In this document: positions 53,267-62,620 of the stretch, piece by piece
Layout of the letters: each line of letters begins with the position of its first letter
Position numbering within the stretch: the first letter of the stretch is position 1
From: Terriglobia bacterium
GTDB taxonomy: Bacteria; Acidobacteriota; Terriglobia; 2-12-FULL-54-10
Length of the DNA: 64,000 nt
Direction: 5' to 3'
NCBI GenBank assembly: GCA_965198025.1
Contig: OZ240237.1
Coordinates: 1,237,054-1,301,053 of the forward strand
The notes under the pieces: generated by a model
The model's input: only the letters and a program-made list of their open reading frames with translations
The model's database searches: none
Told to the model about the DNA's origin: nothing
Made by a program: the position numbers and the translations under genes

Positions 53267-53557
53267 TGGCGGGGGTGAAGTGGAAGCAATCAATGGTTTG
53301 TGGAGCAGTAGCTTTCGATTTCCTCCGGAGGAAGCGGCCGCCCTTCGTTTCGCTGGATGGCTAGAAAATATTCCACGCTGCAGGCATGTTCTCGCATGGC
53401 GCGAGACACCTCCCAGTTTGGTCAAGCAGGAAAAATCAAAAGCAAATGCGCGAGCGTTTTCTTCCTCACACAAACATGTTACAGGAATTGAATTCTGCCT
53501 CGCGAGGAAACCGTTGCAGGATCGATTCCCGTCGGCTGTTGACACGCGACACCTTCG

Positions 53558-54676
53558 CTACGCCGCTGCTTCCTGGTACAAGTCCATCACCTGGATAATC
53601 GAGCGCTCCCAACTGAAGCGTGCCAACTGCCGTCGGCCGCGCTCGCGCAACTCATTCCGCAGTTTGGGATCGAGCAAGACCTGTTGCACGCCCTTGGCGA
53701 TGTCGAAGACGTTTTCCGGGTGGACCAGCACCGCGGCGTCGCCGACGACCTCGGGGAGCGAGGAGACGTTCGACGTGACAACGGGCGTCCCTTGCGCCAT
53801 GGCTTCGAGCGGCGGCAGGCCGAAGCCCTCATAGAGCGATGGAAAGACGAAAACCTCGGCAGCCTGATAGAACACCCGCAGCGTCTCGATCGGAATATGC
53901 CCCAGGAAGCGCACGTGTTCCCGCATGCGCGTGCGCACGACGGTCTGGCGCAACTGCGGGTTCTCGCTCACCTGATCTCCGATGACGAGCAGCTTCAGCT
54001 TGTGGAACTGCGAATGCTCCTGCAGTTCGCCCCGGATGACGGCGAAGGCTTCGATCAGGCGGGGGATGTTCTTCTGCGGGCGGGCGCTGCCGACGTAGAG
54101 CAGGAACGGGTCCTTGACCTGATAGCGCTCCAGCACCAGGCGGCCTTCCTCGCGGCGGCTGGCGCGGATGAAGCGCTCGTCAATGGCGTTCTCGACGACC
54201 GTGATCTTGTCCGGTGAAACGGAGAACAGGTTTTCAATGTCCTGTTTGGTGGCGTGCGAGACAGCGACCAGCCGCGCAGCTCCGGCGAGGCTGCGCTGCG
54301 TCAGCCGGAAGCGCATGGTCTGCCGGAAGCCCTGCCGCGGCCCATAGAGAAAATTCGCCACGTCGTGGACGGTCATCAGATAACGGCAGGGAATCAGTGG
54401 GGCCAGCGCCAGGTGGGGGATATGCAGAAGGCCTACGCCGTAGGACTGGAGCAACCGGCGCAGCCGCATATGGCTCCACCAGGTATCGCTCGCGTCACAC
54501 CAGCGGACGACCTCAAAGTTGTCCGGCAGAGCCGTTTCCGCGATGATCTGCTCTTCATCGCCGAGCAGCAGGTAGCGGTTTTCGAGGTCGCGGGACGCTA
54601 GCGTCCGCACCAAGTTGCGGATGTAGGTGCCGACGCCGAAGTCGCCGATGCGGCAGACGTTGATGGCGATCCTCAT
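53558..54676 (-). CDS. GT4-family (GT-B fold) glycosyltransferase
   Basis: C-terminal EGFGLPPLEAMAQGTPVVTSNVSSLPEVVGDAA motif. The ATG at 54676 follows a GGGGGT Shine-Dalgarno sequence. Confidence 0.85.
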   Translation of the reverse strand: MRIAINVCRIGDFGVGTYIRNLVRTLASRDLENRYLLLGDEEQIIAETALPDNFEVVRWCDASDTWWSHMRLRRLLQSYGVGLLHIPHLALAPLIPCRYLMTVHDVANFLYGPRQGFRQTMRFRLTQRSLAGAARLVAVSHATKQDIENLFSVSPDKITVVENAIDERFIRASRREEGRLVLERYQVKDPFLLYVGSARPQKNIPRLIEAFAVIRGELQEHSQFHKLKLLVIGDQVSENPQLRQTVVRTRMREHVRFLGHIPIETLRVFYQAAEVFVFPSLYEGFGLPPLEAMAQGTPVVTSNVSSLPEVVGDAAVLVHPENVFDIAKGVQQVLLDPKLRNELRERGRRQLARFSWERSIIQVMDLYQEAAA

Positions 54677-54762
54677 AGCTTGACCCCCGCCCACCAAACA
54701 CTGTCATCACCGAGGAGCGAATCGATATGTGGCTGTCGTTTCCAGATCAGGGACCCGTACCT

Positions 54763-56094
54763 TCACCGCGCCGGGACTTCCGCACCCGCCATGGCGCGTT
54801 CCGGAACTGCCGCGCTGGGGTGCAGCCGCCAGCGGTAGAGCGGGAACTCCCGGGCCAGCTCCAGCACTTGCCGTCGGACCTCCGCAATGCGCCCCTCGTT
54901 CTGCGAATCTCGCAGCACTTCAGCGATCCACCGGCCGATCTTGCGCATCTCAGGTTCCTGCATGCCGCGCGTCGTCACGGCAGGTGTTCCGATGCGGATG
55001 CCGCTGGGATTCATCGGTTTGTTGGTGTCGAAGGGAATCGTGTTCTTGTTGACCGTGATGTTGGCGCGGCCGAGAGAGTCTTCCGCCTCGCGGCCCTTCA
55101 GCCCTTTCGAGAACACGTCGACGAGCATCAGGTGGGTGTCAGTACCGTTTGAGACGACGTGATAGCCTTCCTGCATCAAAGTCTCGGCAAGCGCACGTGC
55201 GTTGGCCTGAATCTGTTTCTGGTAATCGCGGAACTCGGGCTGCATGGCTTCGCGGAAGCAGACCGCTTTGGCTGCGATCATGTGCACCAGCGGGCCGCCT
55301 TGCATCCTGGGAAAGACTACCTTGTCAATCGCGGCAGCGTGCTGCGCCTTTGAAAGGATCATTCCGGCGCGAGGTCCGCGCAAGGTCTTGTGCGTCGTGG
55401 TCGTTACCACGTCAGCATGCGGCACCGGGCTGGGGTGAATCCCCGCCGCCACCAGACCGGCGAAGTGCGCCATATCCACCATCAGAAACGCCCCGACTTT
55501 GTCACAGATGGCGCGCATCCGCGGGAAGTCGATGATCCGTGAATATGCCGTGGCTCCCGCCACGATCAGTTTCGGTTTCTTTTCGACGGCCTCGCGCTCG
55601 AGCTCGTCGTAGTCAATCGTCTCGGTGTCTTTGCGCACGCCATAGGGAACCACGGTGTAGGTCTTACCGGAGAAGTTGACTGGACTGCCGTGCGTGAGGT
55701 GCCCGCCATGCGAGAGGTTCATGCCGCAGATCACGTCGCCGGGCTGCAGAAGCGCCGCGTAGGCCGCCATGTTGGCCTGGCTGCCGGCGTGCGGCTGGAC
55801 GTTGGCGTGCTCGGCGCCGAAGAGCTGCTTGGCACGGTCGCGCGCCAGATTCTCGACGCGGTCCGCCCACTCGCATCCACCGTAGTAGCGTTTCGCGGGA
55901 TAGCCCTCGGCGTACTTGTTAGTAAAGACCGAGCCCATCGCTTCGAGCACTGCCTGCGAGACGAAGTTTTCGCTGGCGATCAGTTCCAGGCTTTCGTGCT
56001 GGCGTTCCGTCTCGCCTCGAATCGCGTCCGCGATCTCGGGGTCCATCTCGGCCAGCGGCCGTGCCATCCGTTCTGCTGCAATCTTTTCGTTCAC
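54763..56094 (-). CDS. glyA: Serine hydroxymethyltransferase
   Basis: PLP-lysine context [16 protein letters not shown], plus ELIASENF and YYGGCEW motifs. The GTG at 56094 lies 7 nt after AAGGAG (the track ORF extends to 56139). Confidence 0.92.
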   Translation of the reverse strand: MNEKIAAERMARPLAEMDPEIADAIRGETERQHESLELIASENFVSQAVLEAMGSVFTNKYAEGYPAKRYYGGCEWADRVENLARDRAKQLFGAEHANVQPHAGSQANMAAYAALLQPGDVICGMNLSHGGHLTHGSPVNFSGKTYTVVPYGVRKDTETIDYDELEREAVEKKPKLIVAGATAYSRIIDFPRMRAICDKVGAFLMVDMAHFAGLVAAGIHPSPVPHADVVTTTTHKTLRGPRAGMILSKAQHAAAIDKVVFPRMQGGPLVHMIAAKAVCFREAMQPEFRDYQKQIQANARALAETLMQEGYHVVSNGTDTHLMLVDVFSKGLKGREAEDSLGRANITVNKNTIPFDTNKPMNPSGIRIGTPAVTTRGMQEPEMRKIGRWIAEVLRDSQNEGRIAEVRRQVLELAREFPLYRWRLHPSAAVPERAMAGAEVPAR

Positions 56095-56236
56095 GAAACG
56101 TCTCCTTGGTTCCAACGTCGGGTTCCCGTTCCAGCCCAAGTATACACCCAGGTTGACCTCGACAAGGACTCCGGACCGGCGGAGCAGGGGGCTCCCGTTT
56201 GCGGCGGCTGCCCTCTACTGTAATATAAGGAATAGC

Positions 56237-57130
56237 ATGGGCCGCTCGAAGCCGCCTGTGCCCGGCAATATGAGTTCCCCAACCGACTTCCAACTGGAAT
56301 ACTACGAGCAGGCTGCGGCGTTTGTCCGGCGTGCTGAGGAGCTGGGTCTCGGGCCCGTACGCGACTTCTACTGGTATCACACGATCGATCTCGGCGACGG
56401 ATTGGTGACTCCGGGGACGTACGACTACCGCGCGACGCTCCCGGCGTTCCGGTTTCCGGAGTCCATGCGCGGCATGCGCGTGCTGGACGTCGGCTCGGCA
56501 ACGGGGTTTTTTGCGTTCGAGTTTGAGCGGCGCGGCGCACAAGTGGTCTCGGTTGAGTTGCCCTCGCTCGACATGCTCGACCGCTTTCCCGGCCAGACCA
56601 CGGAGCAGGTGATTGCGAAGATCGGGAGGATGCTTGCATCTTCCCGCCCGGAAGGCGCGGCGCCTCCACCCACCACGGCGGCCCAGCTGTATTATGCCCT
56701 GCTGGAAGGCCCCTTCGAGTTCTGCAAACGATCGCTCAATTCCCATGTCGAGCGGTGCTACTGCGCCATCTACGACCTCACGCTCGACAAACTGGGCGGT
56801 GTGCCGTTCGACCTTGTTTTCGTTGGCGACGTGCTGGTGCATACGCTCTATCCGCTGCGCGCGCTCGGGGCACTCGCTCCACTATGCCAGGGCACGTTGG
56901 TTCTGTCGGATGTGGTTCCCGACCAGCCGTCGGAGCCCGCTATGCTCTACGTCGGAGGCGATCAGCCTGGCGAAGACGACATCTCCTGGTGGTTGCCGAA
57001 CCGTGCCTGTCTCGATCAGATGCTCAAGAAACTTGGCTTCCGAACCGTTGAGGAAGTCGGCCGCAACACCGTCATCCTGCGGCCCGATGGGCATGCCGTG
57101 GACCGGCCGATCCTCCACGCCCGGAAGTAA
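56237..57130 (+). CDS. Class I SAM-dependent methyltransferase (WYHTIDL...TPG type seen in glycan loci)
   Basis: FYWYHTIDLGDGLVTPG followed by the SAM motif VLDVGSATGFFAFEFERRGA. The ATG at 56237 is preferred because the upstream part of the track ORF is antisense to glyA. Confidence 0.75.
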   Translation: MGRSKPPVPGNMSSPTDFQLEYYEQAAAFVRRAEELGLGPVRDFYWYHTIDLGDGLVTPGTYDYRATLPAFRFPESMRGMRVLDVGSATGFFAFEFERRGAQVVSVELPSLDMLDRFPGQTTEQVIAKIGRMLASSRPEGAAPPPTTAAQLYYALLEGPFEFCKRSLNSHVERCYCAIYDLTLDKLGGVPFDLVFVGDVLVHTLYPLRALGALAPLCQGTLVLSDVVPDQPSEPAMLYVGGDQPGEDDISWWLPNRACLDQMLKKLGFRTVEEVGRNTVILRPDGHAVDRPILHARK

Positions 57131-57291
57131 GAAACAGGTCATCCATCGTCCATCCGTCGGAACCACCAGTGCCTTTTTGGTTCCCCACGGTTGGAGATCA
57201 CGCGTCCGTCGAGACCCTGATGTAGAATGAGCATGTTAGGTATGCCGCATTGTGGGTGCAGCGGCTGGCGGCTATAGGGGAATGTCTCCGA

Positions 57292-58605
57292 ATGGGCTCG
57301 ATCTACGTCCGCAACGTTTCGAAGAGTTATCCGATCTACGCTCGCCCGGCGGACCGGCTCAAGGAGCTGCTCACGGGGAACAGTCGATCGTATCACCGCG
57401 ACTTCTGGGCCTTGCGTGACGTGTCGCTCGAAATTCCGAAGGGCATGACGTTCGGGCTGGTCGGCGAAAACGGCTCCGGCAAGAGCACGCTGCTGCAGTT
57501 GATCGCGGGAATCCTGCAGCCCACGAGCGGGGAGCTGGCTGTGGAGGGCCGCGTGTCGGCGCTGCTCGAGCTCGGCTCCGGCTTCAACCCGGAGTTCACG
57601 GGCCGCGAGAATGTCTTCCTGAACGGAGCGATTCTGGGATTGAGCAACCAGGAGATGAAACGGCTCTATCCGGCCATCGAGAGCTTTGCTGAGATCGGCG
57701 ACTTCGTCCACCAACCCGTGAAGACGTATTCGAGCGGCATGGTGATCCGGCTGGCGTTTGCAGTGGCCATCAGCGTGGACCCGGATATTCTGCTGGTGGA
57801 CGAAGCGCTGGCCGTCGGGGACATCTACTTCCGCCAGCGCTGCATGCGCAAGATTCATGAGCTGAACCGGCGCGGCGTGACCATCCTCTTTGTCTCGCAC
57901 GCCGCCGCCGATGTGAAGAGCATCGCGCAACGGGCGGCTTGGCTCGATCATGGACGGCTCGTCGAGTGCGGCGACGCCGATCAGGTCATTTCCCATTACC
58001 TGGCCGCGATGGTCCAGAAGGATTCAGCGTACCGCAAGCAGCTCCCACCGGAAGGCGGGCCTGCCGGTGAGGCGGCGGGTCCGGTCCGAGCGCCGGAGAT
58101 TGTCGAGCGGATTCCAAACGTTGATTATCGCTACGGCAACCGCGCAGCGGAAATCCTGGGCATTGCCGTCCTGAGCGAGGAAGGCGAGGAGTTGCTGCTG
58201 CTCCCGCAGAAAGGTCGCATCATCGTCCGCATTTCGCTTAAGGTGCACGCCGAGGTGCCCATGCCGATTGTGGGGTTCCTGATGCGCAATCACCTGGGCG
58301 TGGACTTGGCGGGAACCAATACCGTCTTGGAAGAGACGGAGCTGCCCATGTTCCAGCCCGGCGACGTTTACACGTTCGATTTTCACCTGCAGCTACCGGA
58401 GCTCTATCCATCTCACTTCTCGTTTACCCCGGCGGTGGCAAGCGGAACGGTGGAAACCTACGAGGTCTGCGATCTGATCGAGAACGCCGTTACGCTGGAA
58501 GCGGAAAAGGGGCGGCTGGTTTACGGCTATCTGCACTTTCCTTGCGAGGTGCGCGTCAACTCTGTGACGAAAGCCCACGTCCGGGTATCCGGGCTGAGCA
58601 CGTAA
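57292..58605 (+). CDS. wzt: Wzt/TagH-like polysaccharide-export ABC ATPase with ~200-aa C-terminal extension
   Basis: Walker A GENGSGKST, signature YSSGMVIRLAFA, Walker B ILLVDEAL. The beta-rich C-terminal domain sits in the position of the Wzt carbohydrate-binding module. Confidence 0.8.
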   Translation: MGSIYVRNVSKSYPIYARPADRLKELLTGNSRSYHRDFWALRDVSLEIPKGMTFGLVGENGSGKSTLLQLIAGILQPTSGELAVEGRVSALLELGSGFNPEFTGRENVFLNGAILGLSNQEMKRLYPAIESFAEIGDFVHQPVKTYSSGMVIRLAFAVAISVDPDILLVDEALAVGDIYFRQRCMRKIHELNRRGVTILFVSHAAADVKSIAQRAAWLDHGRLVECGDADQVISHYLAAMVQKDSAYRKQLPPEGGPAGEAAGPVRAPEIVERIPNVDYRYGNRAAEILGIAVLSEEGEELLLLPQKGRIIVRISLKVHAEVPMPIVGFLMRNHLGVDLAGTNTVLEETELPMFQPGDVYTFDFHLQLPELYPSHFSFTPAVASGTVETYEVCDLIENAVTLEAEKGRLVYGYLHFPCEVRVNSVTKAHVRVSGLST

Positions 58606-58663
58606 TGGAAGTTGGCGAAGAGAGTTTCCACGCACATATTGGCGTGGAGAAGCGATAGGGCTC

Positions 58664-59827
58664 ATGGAATTTACCGGCGAACGCGTGATTCCCGGACAGG
58701 ACGATGTTGACCTGTTCAACGAGCACCGGGCACGGTATTGGTTTGCGCGCCGTTTCGCAAAGGGCAAGAACGTGCTCGACGCTGCCTGCGGCACGGGCTA
58801 TGGCTCGGCGCTGCTTGCGGAAACCGCGCAAGCCGTGGTCGGGGTAGATGTCGCGCGCAATGCGGTGGATTACGCGCGGAGGCACTTTCCTGCTCCGAAT
58901 TTCCAGCTCGCGCAGACCGACTGCCTCGCGCTTCCGTTTTCCGCTGATCGCTTCGGTCTGGTGGTCGCGTTTGAAATCATCGAGCATCTGGACCAACCAG
59001 AAACTTTTCTCACCGAGCTGCGGCGTGTCCTTGATCCTGCCGGAGCGCTGATTCTCTCGACACCGAACCGCCTTTACTACACTGACGAACGCGAGGAGAT
59101 CAATCCATTCCACCGACGCGAGTTTTCCTATCCGGAGTTTGAGGAGATCCTGCAACCCGTGTTTCCGCACTGCACGATCCTGTTTCAGAACCATGTCGCC
59201 GGTGTCGCCGTTTCGGGTCCCGGCTCGGAGTTGAGCAGCCAGGCTCTGCATTGGGAACGTCTTTTTCAGGAAGAAGGCGCTACTCAGGCCATCGAAGAGG
59301 CCCGCCGGAGCGCACACTTCTTCGTCGCCGTGTGTTCCTCTCAACCGCTCGGCCCCATCGAGCCGCTCCTCTATATGCCGTCGGCGGCGAACATTCTCCG
59401 GGAACGGGAAATTCACATACATAGTTTGGATGCAACGTGCAGGGAGCTGGAGCATCGGCTTGCGGAGAAAGACGCCTATGTGTTGCAACTCCAGGAGGAG
59501 CACGACAGCAAGATCCAGTGGGCACAGAGTCTCGAATGCGATCTCGACAAAGCGCGAAGCGATTTGGCTCAACTTCAGGCGGAGTACGACAGCAAGATCC
59601 AGTGGGCACAGAGTCTCGAATGCGATCTCGACAAAGCGCGAAGCGATTTGGCTCAACAGAAGGAGTACGACAGCAAGCGATTTGGCTCAATCCAGTGGGC
59701 ACGAGCGCGAAGCGATTTGGCTCAACTCCAGGAGGAGTACGACAGCAAGATCCAGTGGGCACAGAGATCTCGAATGCGATCTCGACAAAGCGCGAAGCGA
59801 TTTGGCTCAACTTCAGAAAGAGTTTGA
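58664..59827 (+). CDS. SAM methyltransferase fused to repeat-built coiled coil, upstream ORF piece (frame lost at ~59767)
   Basis: VLDAACGTGYGSALLA and VVAFEIIEHL methyltransferase motifs, then heptad-rich LQEEHDSKIQWAQSLECDLDKARSDLAQ repeats. The last 20 codons (RSRMRSRQSAKRFGSTSERV) look out-of-frame. Confidence 0.8.
   Translation: MEFTGERVIPGQDDVDLFNEHRARYWFARRFAKGKNVLDAACGTGYGSALLAETAQAVVGVDVARNAVDYARRHFPAPNFQLAQTDCLALPFSADRFGLVVAFEIIEHLDQPETFLTELRRVLDPAGALILSTPNRLYYTDEREEINPFHRREFSYPEFEEILQPVFPHCTILFQNHVAGVAVSGPGSELSSQALHWERLFQEEGATQAIEEARRSAHFFVAVCSSQPLGPIEPLLYMPSAANILREREIHIHSLDATCRELEHRLAEKDAYVLQLQEEHDSKIQWAQSLECDLDKARSDLAQLQAEYDSKIQWAQSLECDLDKARSDLAQQKEYDSKRFGSIQWARARSDLAQLQEEYDSKIQWAQRSRMRSRQSAKRFGSTSERV
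59486..59807 (+). repeat. 84-bp (28-codon) tandem repeat, two clean units plus a scrambled 69-bp unit and an 85-bp unit
   Basis: Units are 59486-59569, 59570-59653, 59654-59722 (internally rearranged) and 59723-59807 (extra A at 59767: CAGAGATCTCG versus CAGAGTCTCG). Confidence 0.9.
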
Positions 59828-60011
59828 AGAGCGCACCGCCTGGGCCTTGCGGCTCGACAGAGATCTGCAGCAGCGGTCGAAAGAGCTCCAACTGCGGTCG
59901 GAAGAACTCCAACTCCTGTTTAGTTCCCGCTGGTATCGGCTGGGCAAAAATTTGAACCTGAGTCCGGTTCCTGCTTCTGACATGAGCTCTTCGGATTCCA
60001 ACCAGACATGA
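59766..60011 (+). CDS. C-terminal continuation of the methyltransferase/coiled-coil protein in the +1 frame
   Basis: Reads DLECDLDKARSDLAQLQKEFEERTAWALRLDRDLQQRSKELQLRSEELQLLFSSRWYRLGKNL.... Its TGA overlaps the ATG of the next gene (ATGA at 60008-60011). Confidence 0.7.
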   Translation, partial: DLECDLDKARSDLAQLQKEFEERTAWALRLDRDLQQRSKELQLRSEELQLLFSSRWYRLGKNLNLSPVPASDMSSSDSNQT

Positions 60012-62416
60012 AGTGGTTCGCCAAACTGGTTTTTCTCTGCATCGCCCCCGTGATCCTGGCGGCCGTAGCAGTCAGCTTTTTGTGCGCCGATCTGCTGGCG
60101 CAACTGCGGCTCCGTTTTCGTCGCGCGCCAGCCCCGCAGCCGCCAGACCCCGTGGAGCCTCCTCGTCACGCGAGCATTGTGATTCCCAACTGGAACGGGA
60201 AAGACCTGCTCGAGAAATTTCTGCCGTCCGTGCTCGCGGCTTGCTCTTCCTCCGACGAAGTCATCGTTGTCGACAACGCCAGCGACGACGGCAGCGCAGA
60301 GTTCGTCGAGCAGAATTTCCCGCAGGTGCGCCTGTTGCGGATGGAACGGAACCTTGGCTTCGGCGGTGGCTCGAACGCCGGTATCCGTGCCGCGAGCCGC
60401 CGGATTGCCGTATTGCTCAACAATGACATGCGCGCTACGCCGGGTTTTCTGGCACCGCTTCTGGCCGGGTTCACCGATGACCAAGTCTTCGCTGTTTCGG
60501 CGCAGTTGTTCTTCTCCGACCCTGCCCGCCGGAGGGAGGAGACCGGTTTAACTGTCGGGAGCTTCGAGAAGGGCTTTATTCGTGTCCGGCACGATGTCGA
60601 CGACGCCATCGACAGCCTGTATCCCACCTTCTACGCGGGCGGCGGCTCCACAGCATACGACCGGGGAAAGTTCCTGGAACTGGGCGGGTTCGACCCCTTG
60701 TTCGAGCCGTTCTATGTGGAGGACACGGATCTCTCCTACAACGCCTGGCGGCGCGGTTGGAAGGTGCTCTACCAGCCCGCGAGCCGCCTCTACCACGAGC
60801 ACCGCGCCACGATCGGCAAGCGCTATTCTGCGGAGGCCATCCGGGCATATCTCCAAAAGAATTGTGTCCTGATGGTCTGGAAGAACATTCACCGCTGGCG
60901 CTGGCTGCTCGCGCACTTCTTTTATCTGTATGGTCACATGCTCCTGTGCTGGGCGGGGGAAGGAACGGAAACGCGCACGACGGTGGGAGCGTTTCGCCTC
61001 GCACTCCGGGAGTGGCCCCAGGCATTGCGCGCGCGGTCGGAAGCGTTGCGCTCAGCCTGCATCCCGGACACGGAGGTTTTTGCTCGGACGCGACCCTCCA
61101 TCTTTCGCGAGGTCTTTCCCAGTGTCACGGCATCTTCCTCCCCTGAGTCCGGCCCGAACGAAGGCGGCCGCGATGGGGTTGCCTGGCCTGCAGAGGCGAA
61201 ACCCCGGCCGCTGCGTATCCTGTTTGCCTCGCCGTACTCGATCTATCCAGCGCTCCATGGCGGCGCGGTCCTGATGCTGCAGGCGATTCAGGAGCTTTCC
61301 AAGCGTCACACCGTTTCCGTAGTGCTGTTTGTAGACCGGCCCGAGGAAGAGGAATCGAATCAGAAGCTCACCCGCTGGGCGCGGCACGTTGAGACGGTCC
61401 TCCGCCGTCCCCTGCTGCGGAGCCATTTCAGTCTGCGCCCGCACGCCCAACAGGTGTTTTGCGACCCCCGGTTCGCCGCTTTGCTCGACAAGCTTGTATT
61501 CCAGCACGAGATTGACCTTATCCAGTTTGAGTACACGCAGCTGGCCCAATACCGTCTTCCTCTCACCCGCACACCGCAATGTCTGTTTGAGCACGACGTC
61601 TACTTTCGTTCGATACAGCGACAGTTGGTCTCCGGAGCCGGAGGCATCGGAGCAAAAGCGAGCGAGTTACTCGAATGGCTCCGCGCGTTGCGCTTCGAGG
61701 TGGCCGCCGCCGGACAGTTCGATGCTGTGTTCACCTGCCACGAGGAAGAACGGCGGCTGCTGGAGTCGTTCTTGAATGGGCGACAGCCGGTCCTCGTCGC
61801 CGGTGTGCGTACGGCCGTCGACTGCGCGAGCTATCCGTTTCCGGGCGGGCCGCGCTGCGAAAATTCGCTGCTCTTCGTCGGCAACTTCCAGCACCGGCCG
61901 AACGGGGAGGGGCTGCGCTATTTCACGAGCGAGATCTTCCCCCGGATTCGAGCGCGCCGTCCCGAAGCAACGCTCACGGTGGTGGGACCGCAGGCGCAGC
62001 CGGAGTTGGAACGAGCGGCAACGGCTTCGGCGGAGGATGGCACAATCCTCTTCCGGGGTTCGGTTCCGGATATACGGGAGCCGCTGGCGCAGTGCGCCGT
62101 ATTCGTCTGCCCGATTCTGAGCGGAGCCGGCATTCGCGTGAAACTGCTCGAAGCCTTTGCCGCGGGCATACCCGTGGTTTCGACGTCGCTCGGCGCCGAA
62201 GGCATTGCAGCAACCCACGGGTGCGAATTCCTCTGTGCCGATTCTCCGGATGAGTTTGCCGAAGCATGTCTCCGCTTGCTCGAACAGCGGGACGAGGCCG
62301 GCCAGCTCGCGGCCCACGCGCGCCGTCTCGTCGAAACGACCTACGACTGGGGGCCGGTGGGCCGCCGTCTCGATTCCATCTATTACCAGTTGGTCCGGAA
62401 AAAAGCCCGTCCGTAG
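60008..62416 (+). CDS. Bifunctional glycosyltransferase: N-terminal GT2 (GT-A) fused to C-terminal GT4 (GT-B)
   Basis: GT2 part: ASIVIPNWNGKDLL, VVDNASDDGS, LLNNDM. GT4 part: RILFASPYSIYPALHGGAV ... SGAGIRVKLLEAFAAGIPVVSTSLGAEGI. Confidence 0.85.
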   Translation: MKWFAKLVFLCIAPVILAAVAVSFLCADLLAQLRLRFRRAPAPQPPDPVEPPRHASIVIPNWNGKDLLEKFLPSVLAACSSSDEVIVVDNASDDGSAEFVEQNFPQVRLLRMERNLGFGGGSNAGIRAASRRIAVLLNNDMRATPGFLAPLLAGFTDDQVFAVSAQLFFSDPARRREETGLTVGSFEKGFIRVRHDVDDAIDSLYPTFYAGGGSTAYDRGKFLELGGFDPLFEPFYVEDTDLSYNAWRRGWKVLYQPASRLYHEHRATIGKRYSAEAIRAYLQKNCVLMVWKNIHRWRWLLAHFFYLYGHMLLCWAGEGTETRTTVGAFRLALREWPQALRARSEALRSACIPDTEVFARTRPSIFREVFPSVTASSSPESGPNEGGRDGVAWPAEAKPRPLRILFASPYSIYPALHGGAVLMLQAIQELSKRHTVSVVLFVDRPEEEESNQKLTRWARHVETVLRRPLLRSHFSLRPHAQQVFCDPRFAALLDKLVFQHEIDLIQFEYTQLAQYRLPLTRTPQCLFEHDVYFRSIQRQLVSGAGGIGAKASELLEWLRALRFEVAAAGQFDAVFTCHEEERRLLESFLNGRQPVLVAGVRTAVDCASYPFPGGPRCENSLLFVGNFQHRPNGEGLRYFTSEIFPRIRARRPEATLTVVGPQAQPELERAATASAEDGTILFRGSVPDIREPLAQCAVFVCPILSGAGIRVKLLEAFAAGIPVVSTSLGAEGIAATHGCEFLCADSPDEFAEACLRLLEQRDEAGQLAAHARRLVETTYDWGPVGRRLDSIYYQLVRKKARP

Positions 62417-62483
62417 CACTTCCCGCTGCGTTATACTGCGAATTCCCTCCGGCGCGCACGGGATCGACTGAAGCAATGCCACC

Positions 62484-62615
62484 ATGCTTCCGGGGATGAT
62501 CGACATGCACGTGCATCTGTTCCCGCAAGGCCCCGACGCGGTAGGTCGTTCGATCCACTACCGCACCATTATGTCGGTGGAGCATTCCAAAGGACACCGG
62601 ACTGATCTAGGATAA
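62484..62615 (+). pseudogene. 43-codon relic resembling the N-terminus of a metal-dependent (amidohydrolase/PHP-type) hydrolase
   Basis: MLPGMIDMHVHLFPQGPD carries the N-terminal IDxHxH metal motif, but the ORF stops after 43 codons. Confidence 0.2.
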
Positions 62616-62620
62616 CGGCA

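Noticed and set aside
57139-57996. 285-aa minus-strand ORF examined as a possible missing Wzm permease next to wzt
   Set aside because: It is antisense to the Wzt ATPase and has no hydrophobic helices, so it is not a membrane protein.
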